Shown one piece after another: positions 1 to 9,859 of a stretch of 57,659 bases of DNA. Source of the DNA: an uncultured Bacilli bacterium (lineage in GTDB: Bacteria; Bacillota_I; Bacilli_A; RFN20; CAG-449); NCBI GenBank assembly GCA_947626895.1, contig CANQTY010000001.1:68477-126135 (forward strand), read 5' to 3'. Both the position numbers and the translations under genes were made by a program. Under the pieces are notes generated by a model. It did no database searches. It was not told the origin of the DNA and saw only the letters and a program-made list of their open reading frames with translations. Every line of letters begins with the position of its first letter. Within the stretch, counting starts at the first letter, position 1.

Positions 1-636
1 TGGGTGAGATTTATGATTTATCCACCAGGTAGAATTTTGCGCATTACCATCGATTGTGCCTTCTCCATATAAATTCACATTTTGTAGCCAATATCCAGAA
101 ATCATCGCTGGTTTCATAGGAAAAGGTGAACCTTCCCATTGTCCTAATTCGATACATTCATCTTCATGATGAGTTTTGATTTCCCCTTTAAATGTAGGAT
201 ATTCATTAACATCCTCAAGTGCTAATAAATGAGCGCCTTTTTTAAGTTCAATATGAATATCCGATTTTAAAAAGATGGAAGTAAATCGATATATTCCTTC
301 ATCAAAAACAAGTAATCCATTTTTAGGAAGCATCATAATTGCTTGATTAATCGCTTTTGTATCGTCATGAACTCCATCTTTCACGACTCCAAAATCATTG
401 ATATCAAAAATTACAGATACATCAGGAGTTTTAATCATCATTTCTTCATCACCAATTTTAACTTTATATTCCTTATTTGGAGTTAAATTATATAATGAAA
501 TGACATTTTTATTTCCTTGATGAATGACTAATTCATCATTTAAATATACATCATATGGTTTCGATGAATAATAAATATCTTGATTATCAAGTTCAATACT
601 AATAGCGCTAGGTCCTAAAAATAAAACATTAAACAT
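1..636 (-). CDS. Glycoside hydrolase family 28 (polygalacturonase-like), N-terminal 212 codons only; continues past window start
   Basis: Not in the ORF track. Manual translation from ATG at 636: MFNVLFLGPSAISIELD...DINDFGVVKDGVHDDTKAINQAI...GIYRFTSIFLKSDIHIELKKGAHL...NVNLYGEGTIDGNA, the typical GH28 beta-helix N-terminus. No signal peptide. Confidence 0.85.
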   Translation of the reverse strand, partial: MFNVLFLGPSAISIELDNQDIYYSSKPYDVYLNDELVIHQGNKNVISLYNLTPNKEYKVKIGDEEMMIKTPDVSVIFDINDFGVVKDGVHDDTKAINQAIMMLPKNGLLVFDEGIYRFTSIFLKSDIHIELKKGAHLLALEDVNEYPTFKGEIKTHHEDECIELGQWEGSPFPMKPAMISGYWLQNVNLYGEGTIDGNAQNSTWWINHKSHP

Positions 637-1231
637 TTTGATTCCCTTCCTTATTTTGATTTTTCTTTTTACGTAGTAAATAGACGATTAAATCTTTAAT
701 TCCAATAAATAAAAGATCATAAAATAAGCAGATTATTCCACATAAAATGGGTTCAACTCCATTTTCAAATGGTCCAGCATTTCCAAAGTTTATATCACAA
801 ATATAAGCGATTAATTCAATACTCATAACCGCGCAAAAAGTGACGACAAAAGAATATGCTAAATTAATAAATAAGGAATAAATCTTTCCATTATGGAACA
901 TTTTAAACCATTGACTTTCTCTTTGATCTGTATCCATGAGTTCTAAAATATTATTGACCATCATATCTGTGACTACCCCATTAAATAAGGCAAGTACGAT
1001 AGCTAATATCATTGATACTCCTGGATTTGTAGAATTATCTCCTCCAAAGAAAAGAGATAAACCCCAAATGACGAAGAAACAACCACAGCCAAAAAACCAC
1101 CATTTCAAAAAAATCGCTTTAACTGAATAAGGGATTCTCGATAAGAATCCCTGTTTCGCATATGGATTAATTTGAGATGATGATTCTTCTTTTAAAGATT
1201 CATCCTTTTCTAATTTATCCTTTTTTTTCAT
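629..1231 (-). CDS. Hypothetical 4-TM membrane protein
   Basis: 200-aa ORF with four hydrophobic segments; its stop overlaps the GH28 start. Confidence 0.8.
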   Translation of the reverse strand: MKKKDKLEKDESLKEESSSQINPYAKQGFLSRIPYSVKAIFLKWWFFGCGCFFVIWGLSLFFGGDNSTNPGVSMILAIVLALFNGVVTDMMVNNILELMDTDQRESQWFKMFHNGKIYSLFINLAYSFVVTFCAVMSIELIAYICDINFGNAGPFENGVEPILCGIICLFYDLLFIGIKDLIVYLLRKKKNQNKEGNQNV

Positions 1232-1232
1232 A

Positions 1233-1763
1233 TTATTGTAAATCTTTATCTTGACCAGAAATTGGTTTTAATTTGATTTGCTTTGTATATTTTTGAATTA
1301 ATGGCGCAAATGCAAGAGCTAAAACCGATAAAGCCACTAAAATCAAATGGAGATATGTAAAGATTAAACCACTTGAAACTGGATATACTTTAGCTACCCA
1401 ACCATTAGATAAGTGACGATAGATTTCTGTAAGATAGAAAACATCATTTAAGAGTTGGATTGCAGAGAATACATAGAATACTACCATGTATAAGTTTTTT
1501 CTAGTTGATCGATAGTTCATGATAGCTAAAACATTAAGAATAGAAGCTAAACAGGCAAAGAATTGAATCATGCCTAGAGGTGCTTCTCCATCGGTTTCAG
1601 CTTGTGCCCAAGGCCAACGAGCATGGGTCAATTGAATATCTAATGGAGTATACACATAAATTGCAAGTGTAAATACGATAAGAGCTAATACGGTGAACGC
1701 GAAAGCAAATACGTCAATGTGATTTTTAATATAAATCGCTTGTCTTCTTAAAAATAATTTCAT
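1233..1763 (-). CDS. Hypothetical 4-TM membrane protein
   Basis: 176-aa hydrophobic ORF with GGAGG RBS, tightly packed in the operon. Confidence 0.8.
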   Translation of the reverse strand: MKLFLRRQAIYIKNHIDVFAFAFTVLALIVFTLAIYVYTPLDIQLTHARWPWAQAETDGEAPLGMIQFFACLASILNVLAIMNYRSTRKNLYMVVFYVFSAIQLLNDVFYLTEIYRHLSNGWVAKVYPVSSGLIFTYLHLILVALSVLALAFAPLIQKYTKQIKLKPISGQDKDLQ

Positions 1764-1778
1764 AGTATTTTCCTCCTA

Positions 1779-2852
1779 CTAACGAATGCGGTTTTCTGTC
1801 TCTGCATCAAAGAAGCATACGAGTTTTGCATCATAGTCCACATCGATGGTTTGACCGATTTCCACATCTGTCCAACCTTGTAATTTAACGATTACCGCTT
1901 CTTCACCAAGTTTACCATGTAATAATGAATAAGCTCCTAAACGTTCGACGTGTTCCACATTGAATTTTAAGCGTTTGCCTAATTTGAAGTGTTCAGGACG
2001 GACACCAAATACGATTTCTTTTCCCTCATATCCAGCTTTATTTAATAGTTCAACGTTATTTTCTGAAAGCTTTATATCAATGCCATTAGCATGTAAGACA
2101 CCTTTTTCAAAATGTCCACGAATGAAGTTCATTGGAGGTGTACCCATGAAGGATGCGACAAAGATATTATCAGGATCACGATAGACTTCAATAGAAGTAC
2201 CGATTTGTTTAACAACAGCTTCAGACATTACAACGATACGATCTGCAAGAGTTAAAGCTTCTGTTTGATCGTGTGTAACATAAATCATGGTGGATCCTAA
2301 TCTATGGTGTAATAATTTTAATTCTCTTCTTAATGAAGAACGAAGTTGTGCATCAAGATTTGATAATGGTTCATCAAACAAGAAGACTTTTGGTGAACGA
2401 ACAATAGCTCTACCAACGGCGACACGTTGACGTTGACCACCTGAAAGTTGAGATGGTTTTTTATTTAATTGTTCAACTAATCCTAAAATTTTCGCGGCTT
2501 CCATGACCTTTTCATGGATAACTTCTGCTTTTTCTTTTCTTAATGTTAAAGAGAAAGCCATGTTTTGATAAATCGTCATATGTCCATATAAGGCATAGTT
2601 TTGGAAGACCATTGCAATATCTCTATCTTTTGCAGCTAGATGTGTACAATTCTTATCATCGATAAATAATTCTCCAGAAGTGATATCTTCAAGTCCTGCA
2701 ATCATTCTTAATGTCGTAGATTTTCCACATCCAGAAGGACCAACTAAAACGATAAATTCACCATCTTGAATTTCGATATTAAAATCGATAACAGATTTTC
2801 TTGGGTTCCCTTTATATTGTTTTTCAATATGTTGTAAACTAACGGTTGCCAT
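1779..2852 (-). CDS. Carbohydrate ABC transporter ATP-binding subunit (MalK/UgpC/MsmX family)
   Basis: Walker [10 protein letters not shown], signature LSGGQRQR, Walker B FLFDEP, H-loop YVTHDQ, C-terminal OB-like domain. Confidence 0.95.
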   Translation of the reverse strand: MATVSLQHIEKQYKGNPRKSVIDFNIEIQDGEFIVLVGPSGCGKSTTLRMIAGLEDITSGELFIDDKNCTHLAAKDRDIAMVFQNYALYGHMTIYQNMAFSLTLRKEKAEVIHEKVMEAAKILGLVEQLNKKPSQLSGGQRQRVAVGRAIVRSPKVFLFDEPLSNLDAQLRSSLRRELKLLHHRLGSTMIYVTHDQTEALTLADRIVVMSEAVVKQIGTSIEVYRDPDNIFVASFMGTPPMNFIRGHFEKGVLHANGIDIKLSENNVELLNKAGYEGKEIVFGVRPEHFKLGKRLKFNVEHVERLGAYSLLHGKLGEEAVIVKLQGWTDVEIGQTIDVDYDAKLVCFFDAETENRIR

Positions 2853-2854
2853 GA

Positions 2855-3337
2855 TTAGTGAGCTCCTTTCTCTTCATCAGAAAGTGTTGCTAAGTAAGCA
2901 TTTAATTCTTTACCACGTAAAATGGTAACAACACCACCTGCAGTTAAACAAATTGCGACAAGGATATAGCACGCAAATGAGATCCAGAAGAAGTGTGCAG
3001 GAATTACATTAATAAGATTTTCTCCAGAATATGGTGAGAATAAATAGGTATATATACGAATTAAATTCACAAGACCAATTCCAATAACTATATATCCCCA
3101 TTTAACATCATAAGCTTTTAATTTTTCCGAAGCTAAGAAGACAAATAATAAGAAGACAATATTAACTAAAATATCAATTCCTGTATTTGCGGAAATAACA
3201 AACTTACTTAATTGTAAACAATGATAGATAAACATGAATGAGAAGCATTGAAGGGTTACTGCAAGGATACACATCCAGAAACCGAATTTATTATTTCGGT
3301 ATCGCATCATTTCAGCATGCAAATTTTTATTTTCCAT
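2855..3337 (-). CDS. Hypothetical 4-TM membrane protein
   Basis: Start moved to ATG 3337 (MENKNL) behind a GGAGG RBS; four hydrophobic segments. Confidence 0.8.
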   Translation of the reverse strand: MENKNLHAEMMRYRNNKFGFWMCILAVTLQCFSFMFIYHCLQLSKFVISANTGIDILVNIVFLLFVFLASEKLKAYDVKWGYIVIGIGLVNLIRIYTYLFSPYSGENLINVIPAHFFWISFACYILVAICLTAGGVVTILRGKELNAYLATLSDEEKGAH

Positions 3338-3338
3338 C

Positions 3339-3998
3339 TTATTGAACCTCCTTTGTAGCGACATCAGTATTAGAAGTATTAACTTCTTCAGTTACTACTT
3401 CTTTTTTGGCTGCTAATTCATCTTTGATTTTTTGGATAAATAGCATCAAAACACCAACAGCAAATACCAATAAGATAAGTGCAAGAATAATACCAATGAT
3501 ATAATAAACAATTGATCCTTTATCAAGCAATGTATATTGTAAATTACTATCTTTTAGAATTTGATTCATATTATCAATTGGTAAATTCATGAAATCAATC
3601 ATAAATGGAATAATTGAGGCCATCATGTAGATGCTACATGCAAAGGTAAATAACACCCATGCACCACAAACGACTTTATTTGTCATGTAATAGTTTTTAC
3701 GAATATGGGATCGATAAAGAATATTGATTCCAGTAAGTACTAAACCAACAATAGATAAAATCATAATGGCACGAGCAATTGTTTCATTTTGATTGACCAT
3801 ATCTAAACAATTAGGTGCAGCATTTCTTAAATCTATTGATAGACGTGCCGTAAGTGGTATTCCATTTGCTGTGACGAGAACACGTACTAGTGTTGCTACA
3901 GGTGTCGCAAAAATTAATGAATAGATGAAAAGTATGCCAAATACTGCTACTGAAACTTGGAAAACATACTTTTGAACTATTTGAAGCCATTTTTTCAT
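3339..3998 (-). CDS. Hypothetical 4-TM membrane protein
   Basis: Start moved to ATG 3998 (MKKWLQ) behind GGAGG; four hydrophobic segments. Confidence 0.8.
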   Translation of the reverse strand: MKKWLQIVQKYVFQVSVAVFGILFIYSLIFATPVATLVRVLVTANGIPLTARLSIDLRNAAPNCLDMVNQNETIARAIMILSIVGLVLTGINILYRSHIRKNYYMTNKVVCGAWVLFTFACSIYMMASIIPFMIDFMNLPIDNMNQILKDSNLQYTLLDKGSIVYYIIGIILALILLVFAVGVLMLFIQKIKDELAAKKEVVTEEVNTSNTDVATKEVQ

Positions 3999-4022
3999 TT
4001 TTATTTTCCTCCAAAATAGAAT

Positions 4023-4055
4023 GTAGGAGGGAAGGAGAGCACTCTTCCCTCCCAC
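4023..4055 (-). other. GC-rich stem-loop downstream of the solute-binding protein gene (mRNA stabiliser or partial terminator)
   Basis: Inverted repeat GGAGGGAAG...CTTCCCTCC just after the SBP stop codon. Confidence 0.55.
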
Positions 4056-4080
4056 AGATTAATAATAAATGTAAGATTAA

Positions 4081-6240
4081 TTATTTTTGCATTTCTACCC
4101 AAGCTTTTTGGTGAACGCTGACATAGTCATTACCTTTTAATGTAGTTGACATATATGTCTTATATTCATCTTTAGTCTTGGTATCATGTTCGGTATTACC
4201 AAAACCGTACATAACGATATTAGACCAGTTATTAAGTTTACCATTGGTATTATTAACGTAGTCATTTAATGTTGTGTAGTTTGTTGTAACGGCTGAAGCC
4301 TCAGTAGAGTCGAATGCGAAGGTTGTAGGAATGATCCATGTGGCCTTGTTAGTCTTTGTCCATGTGACATCTGGATATTCAATTACACCTAACGCAATGG
4401 CGTTTTCAACTTTATCAAGTCCTGCTTTTCCTTGAGGAGCATTACATTGATATTCCATACCTTGTTCTTTAATGTAACCAATTGGGAAAGTACCACCAAC
4501 AAAGTAACGATAGTAGTTTGTGTAGTTGTATTCAGCAATGGTCTTTAATTGTTCTAAGGTACCATCAGCAAGTTTTGGAACTGGTTTACCTAAGTAATCA
4601 ATTGTTTCAACCTTACCAGTACTTTTATCGTGAGCAATATAGGAATCTGGACCATAAGACATGAGTTGTTGACCTTCGGTTGACCAGAAGTAATCAAAGA
4701 GTTCTAGACATTTCTTAAGTTTTTCTTCATTGTTTTTAACAAATCCTGAAATTGCCCAACCTTCGGTCTTCACGGATCTCCATGATTCATGGAATCTTGT
4801 TAAGGTTGTTCCACCATTCCATTTTGCAACTGGAGAAATAACTGGTTCAAAGTCATAATCAGCAATTTTCTTTGCTACATCTGTTTCATGATAAACTGTT
4901 TGAGTTTGTGCATAGTCGAATGAGCAGAAACCAACATTGTTACCATGGACGGCTTTATAGATAGCTCCACCTGTTCCATCACCAGCGGTATCAGATGTGA
5001 AGTTTGGAAGGATTAAACCTTCTTTATACATTTGGTTAAATCTTTCAAGAGCATCAACAGTATTTTGTTGCCATCTTGTATCGACGACATTACCATTTGC
5101 ATCAAAGTAGAAGTAACCATTCTTGGACATCATACCACGAACACCAAACATTTGACCCATTAAACCAAATAAGTCACCAACACGAGAGTTCTTATTTTCA
5201 CGATTGAATACTGGATACATAACTTTCTCGGCATCGCCAGTTAAGTAATGTGGATTCGCTTTTACACAACGGAGTAATGCGACGAGTTCATCAGCATCAT
5301 ACGCAGCATTTGGACCAATGAAAAGGTCAGAACGCTTTGTATAGTATTTTGCACCATCTGAAGTTTTATATGCTTCATCAATATGTGCACGAAGTGCTTG
5401 AACTAAGTTCTTACCAGTAATCTTGCCACCTGATGCTAGGGCATTTTGACGGGCGATAGGATTCTTTTCTTTTGTATAAGACTTTTTAACTGTCCCAGTT
5501 TCATATTTAGGAGCTTCTGCTGTTCCTTTATTTACCATTACTTTGATATCTTCATTGTAATTATCAGTTTGGAAAATTTGATATGAAGGAGTAATTGCAG
5601 CAGTTGTATCTTCATCTAGTCCTTCTAAAGAATCACCATCAAGAAGTTTTTTAACAAAGTCAACTCTCATTAAAACCATCTTTTCAATATCATCATAACC
5701 ATCAAAATATGGTGCATAATAGATATTTCCAGCATAGTTTGTAATGGTACGTTTCACGACTTTGTTACCATCTAAGAATTTCTTGAAGTTTGGTAATTGA
5801 TCTAGATATTCAGCTAAATCTAAGACATCACCAGGATGTTCTGTCGCGTAGTTTTGAATTGCAGAAGCACCGCCTTGGAAGACATCAACGTTTGCTAAAC
5901 CTTTGGTTTGCCAATCCGTGAATGAATCATTAACGCTATCTTTTGGTGTGACATCGTTAATATGAATTTGGATTTTGTCAGATACTGCTTTCCAAACTGG
6001 TTTTAAATCTCCATCATTATATTCATTTCCAGCTGGATCTTTATATGGTAATTTAACATCCTTACCATAGTTTGCATTTGCGTGGAATTCCATACGAGTT
6101 TCGGCTTTTGCATATTGGACAGACATATTAAGGGAAAGTTTTCCGTCAACATAGGTATTTCCACCATTGTCACAAGATGTAAGACCTAAACCCATTAGGC
6201 CAGCACATGCAAGTCCCATTAAAAGAATTTTCTTTTTCAT
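4081..6240 (-). CDS. Large ABC solute-binding lipoprotein (719 aa), probably for uronate oligosaccharides
   Basis: Lipobox LTSC; family-1 SBP-like motifs (LDLAEYLDQLPNFKKFL, IYYAPY, LMRVDFVKKL); in an operon with permeases, an ATPase and GH28. Confidence 0.85.
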   Translation of the reverse strand: MKKKILLMGLACAGLMGLGLTSCDNGGNTYVDGKLSLNMSVQYAKAETRMEFHANANYGKDVKLPYKDPAGNEYNDGDLKPVWKAVSDKIQIHINDVTPKDSVNDSFTDWQTKGLANVDVFQGGASAIQNYATEHPGDVLDLAEYLDQLPNFKKFLDGNKVVKRTITNYAGNIYYAPYFDGYDDIEKMVLMRVDFVKKLLDGDSLEGLDEDTTAAITPSYQIFQTDNYNEDIKVMVNKGTAEAPKYETGTVKKSYTKEKNPIARQNALASGGKITGKNLVQALRAHIDEAYKTSDGAKYYTKRSDLFIGPNAAYDADELVALLRCVKANPHYLTGDAEKVMYPVFNRENKNSRVGDLFGLMGQMFGVRGMMSKNGYFYFDANGNVVDTRWQQNTVDALERFNQMYKEGLILPNFTSDTAGDGTGGAIYKAVHGNNVGFCSFDYAQTQTVYHETDVAKKIADYDFEPVISPVAKWNGGTTLTRFHESWRSVKTEGWAISGFVKNNEEKLKKCLELFDYFWSTEGQQLMSYGPDSYIAHDKSTGKVETIDYLGKPVPKLADGTLEQLKTIAEYNYTNYYRYFVGGTFPIGYIKEQGMEYQCNAPQGKAGLDKVENAIALGVIEYPDVTWTKTNKATWIIPTTFAFDSTEASAVTTNYTTLNDYVNNTNGKLNNWSNIVMYGFGNTEHDTKTKDEYKTYMSTTLKGNDYVSVHQKAWVEMQK

Positions 6241-6317
6241 ATAAATTAATAATCTCCTTTCAAAAACTCTTTTATATTACCAAATATTCGCTATGAATAT
6301 TTAATAAACTAATTTAA

Positions 6318-7217
6318 TTATTCTTTAACGCCACCTAAGTTAACACCTACTGCGAAATACTTTTGAATGAATGGGTAGATGATAACGATAGGAATAATAG
6401 CGCAGACGATCATCGCATATACAAATGCATATGGTGAACATTCATAAGGGAAGGGGGCTGGTTCAGAACCAGATGAATCAACGTATTTTTCAAGAATACT
6501 ACGAATGTAAACTTGTAAAGGTCTAGCATTGGATTCTTCAGATAACATCTGTCTTGCCCAGAAGTAACCATTCCAACGGCTGATTCCGAAGAATAATGCA
6601 ACTGTAGCAATGGTAGCCTTAGACATTGGGACATATACATTCTTAAAGATTTGGAATTCACTTGCGCCATCAACGGTCGCCGCTTCTTCAATCTCTTTTG
6701 GAACACCTTCGAAGGCATTTCTTAAAAGAATGACGTTATATGCAGATGTACCCATTGCTAGAACGATTAACCATTTATTATCGGTAATAGCTATAGCATT
6801 TAATACGTTTTGGGTATCTAAGTAGTTCAAATATGTAGGAACCATACCTGCAGAGAACCACATGGTGAAGACTAATAAGAAGTTTAATTGTCGACGGAAT
6901 ACAAGTCTCTTCTTTGATAATGCATACGCACCAAGCATTGAGGTAATCATAGACCATAAAGTACCATATAATGTAATAAATAAGGTATTTGTATAGCTAA
7001 TCCAGAAATGATCATCGGCTATAATTGCACCAAATGCAACGGTTTGGAAGTCCACTGGGAATAAGAATACTTGACCTAAATCAAGTGCTCTTTCACCAGA
7101 GAACGATGCACTTAATACGAAAATAAATGGATATAAGCATAATAATGCAAAGATTGTGACGAAGAGATAAGCAAATATCTTAAATATAATTTCAGAAATA
7201 TCTAGATTCTTTTCCAT
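6318..7217 (-). CDS. Carbohydrate ABC permease (LplC/YtcP/UgpE-like)
   Basis: EAA loop EIEEAATVDGA; C-terminal YPFIQKYF...GGVKE. Confidence 0.93.
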   Translation of the reverse strand: MEKNLDISEIIFKIFAYLFVTIFALLCLYPFIFVLSASFSGERALDLGQVFLFPVDFQTVAFGAIIADDHFWISYTNTLFITLYGTLWSMITSMLGAYALSKKRLVFRRQLNFLLVFTMWFSAGMVPTYLNYLDTQNVLNAIAITDNKWLIVLAMGTSAYNVILLRNAFEGVPKEIEEAATVDGASEFQIFKNVYVPMSKATIATVALFFGISRWNGYFWARQMLSEESNARPLQVYIRSILEKYVDSSGSEPAPFPYECSPYAFVYAMIVCAIIPIVIIYPFIQKYFAVGVNLGGVKE

Positions 7218-7234
7218 ATTAACTTATCCTCCTA

Positions 7235-8248
7235 TTAATATAACGAAGTCGAAGAAACCCGACGTGCAATTTGATTGGATCCTAAAACGAGTAACATGGC
7301 AATTACAGCATTTAGTAAGTCCGCGGCACCACCCATGGATTGTAATCCACCTTGTGAACCTAGCGAAATACGATAGACAAAGGAAGTAACAACTTCACCA
7401 GTTGCAAGGTTTGGAGCAGATCCATTACCTGTTAAAAGTAAAACTTTTTCATAACCAACGGTAAGTAAATGTCCAATTTCAAGAATTAACATAATTGTTA
7501 ATGTTGAAGCAATGCCTGGGAAAGTAACGTATTTGATTTGAGCCATCTTATTTGCTCCATCAATTCTTGCTGCTTCATAACTTGTTGGGGAAATACCAAT
7601 AATCGCGGCAAAATAAACAATGGAAGAATATCCACCAGTTTCCCAAATGCCTGTAATTTGATACATCGCACGGAAATATTCTGGATCTCGAGCAATACCC
7701 TCTTCTACGTCTGATTCTTTAATGAAACCAATGGTATCGAAAAATGCTGCTAAAGGTCCTGCTCCACTATTTCCTGTCGCTGGCTTTAAAATACAAATTG
7801 TAATGGTTGTAATAACAACGATAGAGACAAATTTTGGTAAATAACAGAAAATTTGTACAACACTACGATAATAATTGTTTTTGATTTCCGAGAACAATAA
7901 TGCCAAGATAATTGGGAATGGGAAACCAAATATTAATCCATAAAAGCTAATGACAAAGGTGTTTCTAAATGCAGACCAGAAATCTGCAGCCATATCACCA
8001 AAAATTAATCTTTGGAACCACTCTAATCCTACAAGTCTAGAGGTTGCGACACCAGCAGCTTGATTGTAGTTCTCAAATCCGATTAATAAACCGGAAAGTG
8101 GAAGATACTTCCAACAGAAGAACACGAACGCTAATGGAAGAAACATCACATAAAGACGCCAGTCTTTTGCCATTCTTTTTAACTGCGTCCACCAGTGATT
8201 TTTTTCGATCTGTTCTAATTCTTCTTCACTGACTCTTTCTAATTCCAT
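7235..8248 (-). CDS. Carbohydrate ABC permease (LplB/YteP-like)
   Basis: EAA loop YEAARIDGA; FPFPIILALL and LPKFVS motifs; start placed at ATG 8248 behind AAGGAG. Confidence 0.92.
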   Translation of the reverse strand: MELERVSEEELEQIEKNHWWTQLKRMAKDWRLYVMFLPLAFVFFCWKYLPLSGLLIGFENYNQAAGVATSRLVGLEWFQRLIFGDMAADFWSAFRNTFVISFYGLIFGFPFPIILALLFSEIKNNYYRSVVQIFCYLPKFVSIVVITTITICILKPATGNSGAGPLAAFFDTIGFIKESDVEEGIARDPEYFRAMYQITGIWETGGYSSIVYFAAIIGISPTSYEAARIDGANKMAQIKYVTFPGIASTLTIMLILEIGHLLTVGYEKVLLLTGNGSAPNLATGEVVTSFVYRISLGSQGGLQSMGGAADLLNAVIAMLLVLGSNQIARRVSSTSLY

Positions 8249-9011
8249 CTTTTTTCTCTCCTTCCTTCTCTTCGAAAGTCCTCTTAAGGTTAATGAGCTG
8301 TTCTTCACTCAATGTTCCGCCATCGAGTAATGCGATGTCATTTGTTTCATCGCTGTCAGTAATTTCGCTCATCACGGAATTTTCCTTGTCTTCATGGATC
8401 TCTTCACGAATTCTAGCGCTTTCTGGTACGTTATGAAGATAATGCAAATAATCATTCATATCGACTAGGAAGTATCTTTGCTTATTAGCGATGAGCAAGA
8501 CGACACAAGACATCACATAATCTAATAGTCGCCATCCTGCAACTTTGCCTAACGCAAAGAAAAGATTTACTTTTCCAAAGATTACCCATACAGATACGTA
8601 GACAAGGATATAAAGTATAAATGCTACTGCACTATAAAGGAATAAATAACCAACTTTTTCCTTCATTGTTTCTTTAGGAATCTTATAGAACATAAAGCAG
8701 GTAAATATTGTTGCTAATGTCCCCCCTAATACTCCCGCTAACATAGCTTGATTTTGTGAATATGCTCCGTTGACACTATTTTGGACAAGGATTTGAGTTA
8801 ATGCTGCCCCAAGACCTGGAACAACGCCTAACCAATTCCAACGGAACATCCCTATCAAGGCAAAGAGAACCACAAAGGAAACAGTGAATCCCTCAACCAT
8901 AAAGGTTGTCTGATTGCTTACAAAAGTCAATACGCCTTCAATAATACAACCGATAATCGTGAGCATTACGATATCTAAGATCATGTAACTACGCTTTGAC
9001 AATGCAAGCAC
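8226..9011 (-). CDS. Hypothetical multi-pass membrane protein with acidic C-terminal tail; first gene of the operon
   Basis: About six hydrophobic segments followed by an acidic soluble tail; overlaps the permease start. GTG start is uncertain. Confidence 0.75.
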   Translation of the reverse strand: MLALSKRSYMILDIVMLTIIGCIIEGVLTFVSNQTTFMVEGFTVSFVVLFALIGMFRWNWLGVVPGLGAALTQILVQNSVNGAYSQNQAMLAGVLGGTLATIFTCFMFYKIPKETMKEKVGYLFLYSAVAFILYILVYVSVWVIFGKVNLFFALGKVAGWRLLDYVMSCVVLLIANKQRYFLVDMNDYLHYLHNVPESARIREEIHEDKENSVMSEITDSDETNDIALLDGGTLSEEQLINLKRTFEEKEGEKKDGIRKSQ

Positions 9012-9020
9012 CTCGATTCA

Positions 9021-9034
9021 TGTAAGCGTTTACA
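9021..9034. promoter_or_regulatory. cre/LacI-family operator
   Basis: TGTAAGCGTTTACA near-palindrome matching the TGWNANCGNTNWCA consensus, about 13 nt downstream of the -10. Confidence 0.75.
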
Positions 9035-9046
9035 CTTTACAAAAGT

Positions 9047-9075
9047 ATCTTAATTCCACCCTATTAGAATGTCAA
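9047..9075 (-). promoter_or_regulatory. Sigma-A promoter of the pectin ABC operon
   Basis: TTGACA (9075-9070), 17-nt spacer, TAAGAT (9052-9047); A-rich upstream tract. Confidence 0.75.
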
Positions 9076-9194
9076 TATCTTTTTTTATATTTTTTTATAT
9101 TTTTTTAAAAGCTTAAAAAAATGAATTTTTCTTACTTTTATTAAGGTATTTTTAATGATTTGGGTTTTTTAATCTTGCCTAATTTAAGCCTTTT

Positions 9195-9857
9195 TTAAGC
9201 ATTAATTATGGGGATAATTTGGGCAAAATCTTGAATAGATAAATCTTTATATTGTTGATTTTTAAAGGTTAAATTTGAAGCGATAAAAATCGCTTTAATT
9301 CCTAAATCTTTGCAGGGTTTTATATCACATTCATAATCATTACCAATCATATAGATTTCCCCTTGAATATGATAATCCTTTATAACTCTTTGAAAAAATA
9401 AAGGATTTGGTTTTTTAATTCCATAACTTGAAGATAAAGCAATTCCTTTAAAATAGGATGTTAATCCTAATGTATCTAACTCTTCTTGTGTAAAGGCTGC
9501 TTGAGCGTTACTTACTAAATATAAATCATATTCTTTTTTTAAAAGTTCTAAGGTTTCTTTTACCATAGGATATACACTTAATTTCTTTCTTGATAATTTT
9601 CTAAATAATAAAGCAATTGTTTTTGCTTTTTTATCATCCACATCAAAAAGTATCTTAAAGACATCTAAAATATCAATCTCTTCTCTTTCTTTACTTAATT
9701 TTTGACAAATAGATAAATAAGTTTTCTTTAATTTAAGAGGGGTATATTTTTTATATTCTCTTGTACTTTTAGAAAACTTACACCAAAAAAGAAAAGAAGA
9801 TTCATTGGTATAAATATCCACTAAGGTGCCATATAGATCAAAAAGAATAGTTTTCAT
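9195..9857 (-). CDS. HAD-superfamily hydrolase
   Basis: Motifs FDLYGTL, VSNA, KKPNP, MIGNDYECDI. Confidence 0.9.
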   Translation of the reverse strand: MKTILFDLYGTLVDIYTNESSFLFWCKFSKSTREYKKYTPLKLKKTYLSICQKLSKEREEIDILDVFKILFDVDDKKAKTIALLFRKLSRKKLSVYPMVKETLELLKKEYDLYLVSNAQAAFTQEELDTLGLTSYFKGIALSSSYGIKKPNPLFFQRVIKDYHIQGEIYMIGNDYECDIKPCKDLGIKAIFIASNLTFKNQQYKDLSIQDFAQIIPIINA

Positions 9858-9859
9858 AT

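Noticed and set aside
9080-9106. TTTTTTATAT tandem repeat
   Set aside because: Low-complexity AT tract upstream of the -35, adequately explained as an UP-like element.
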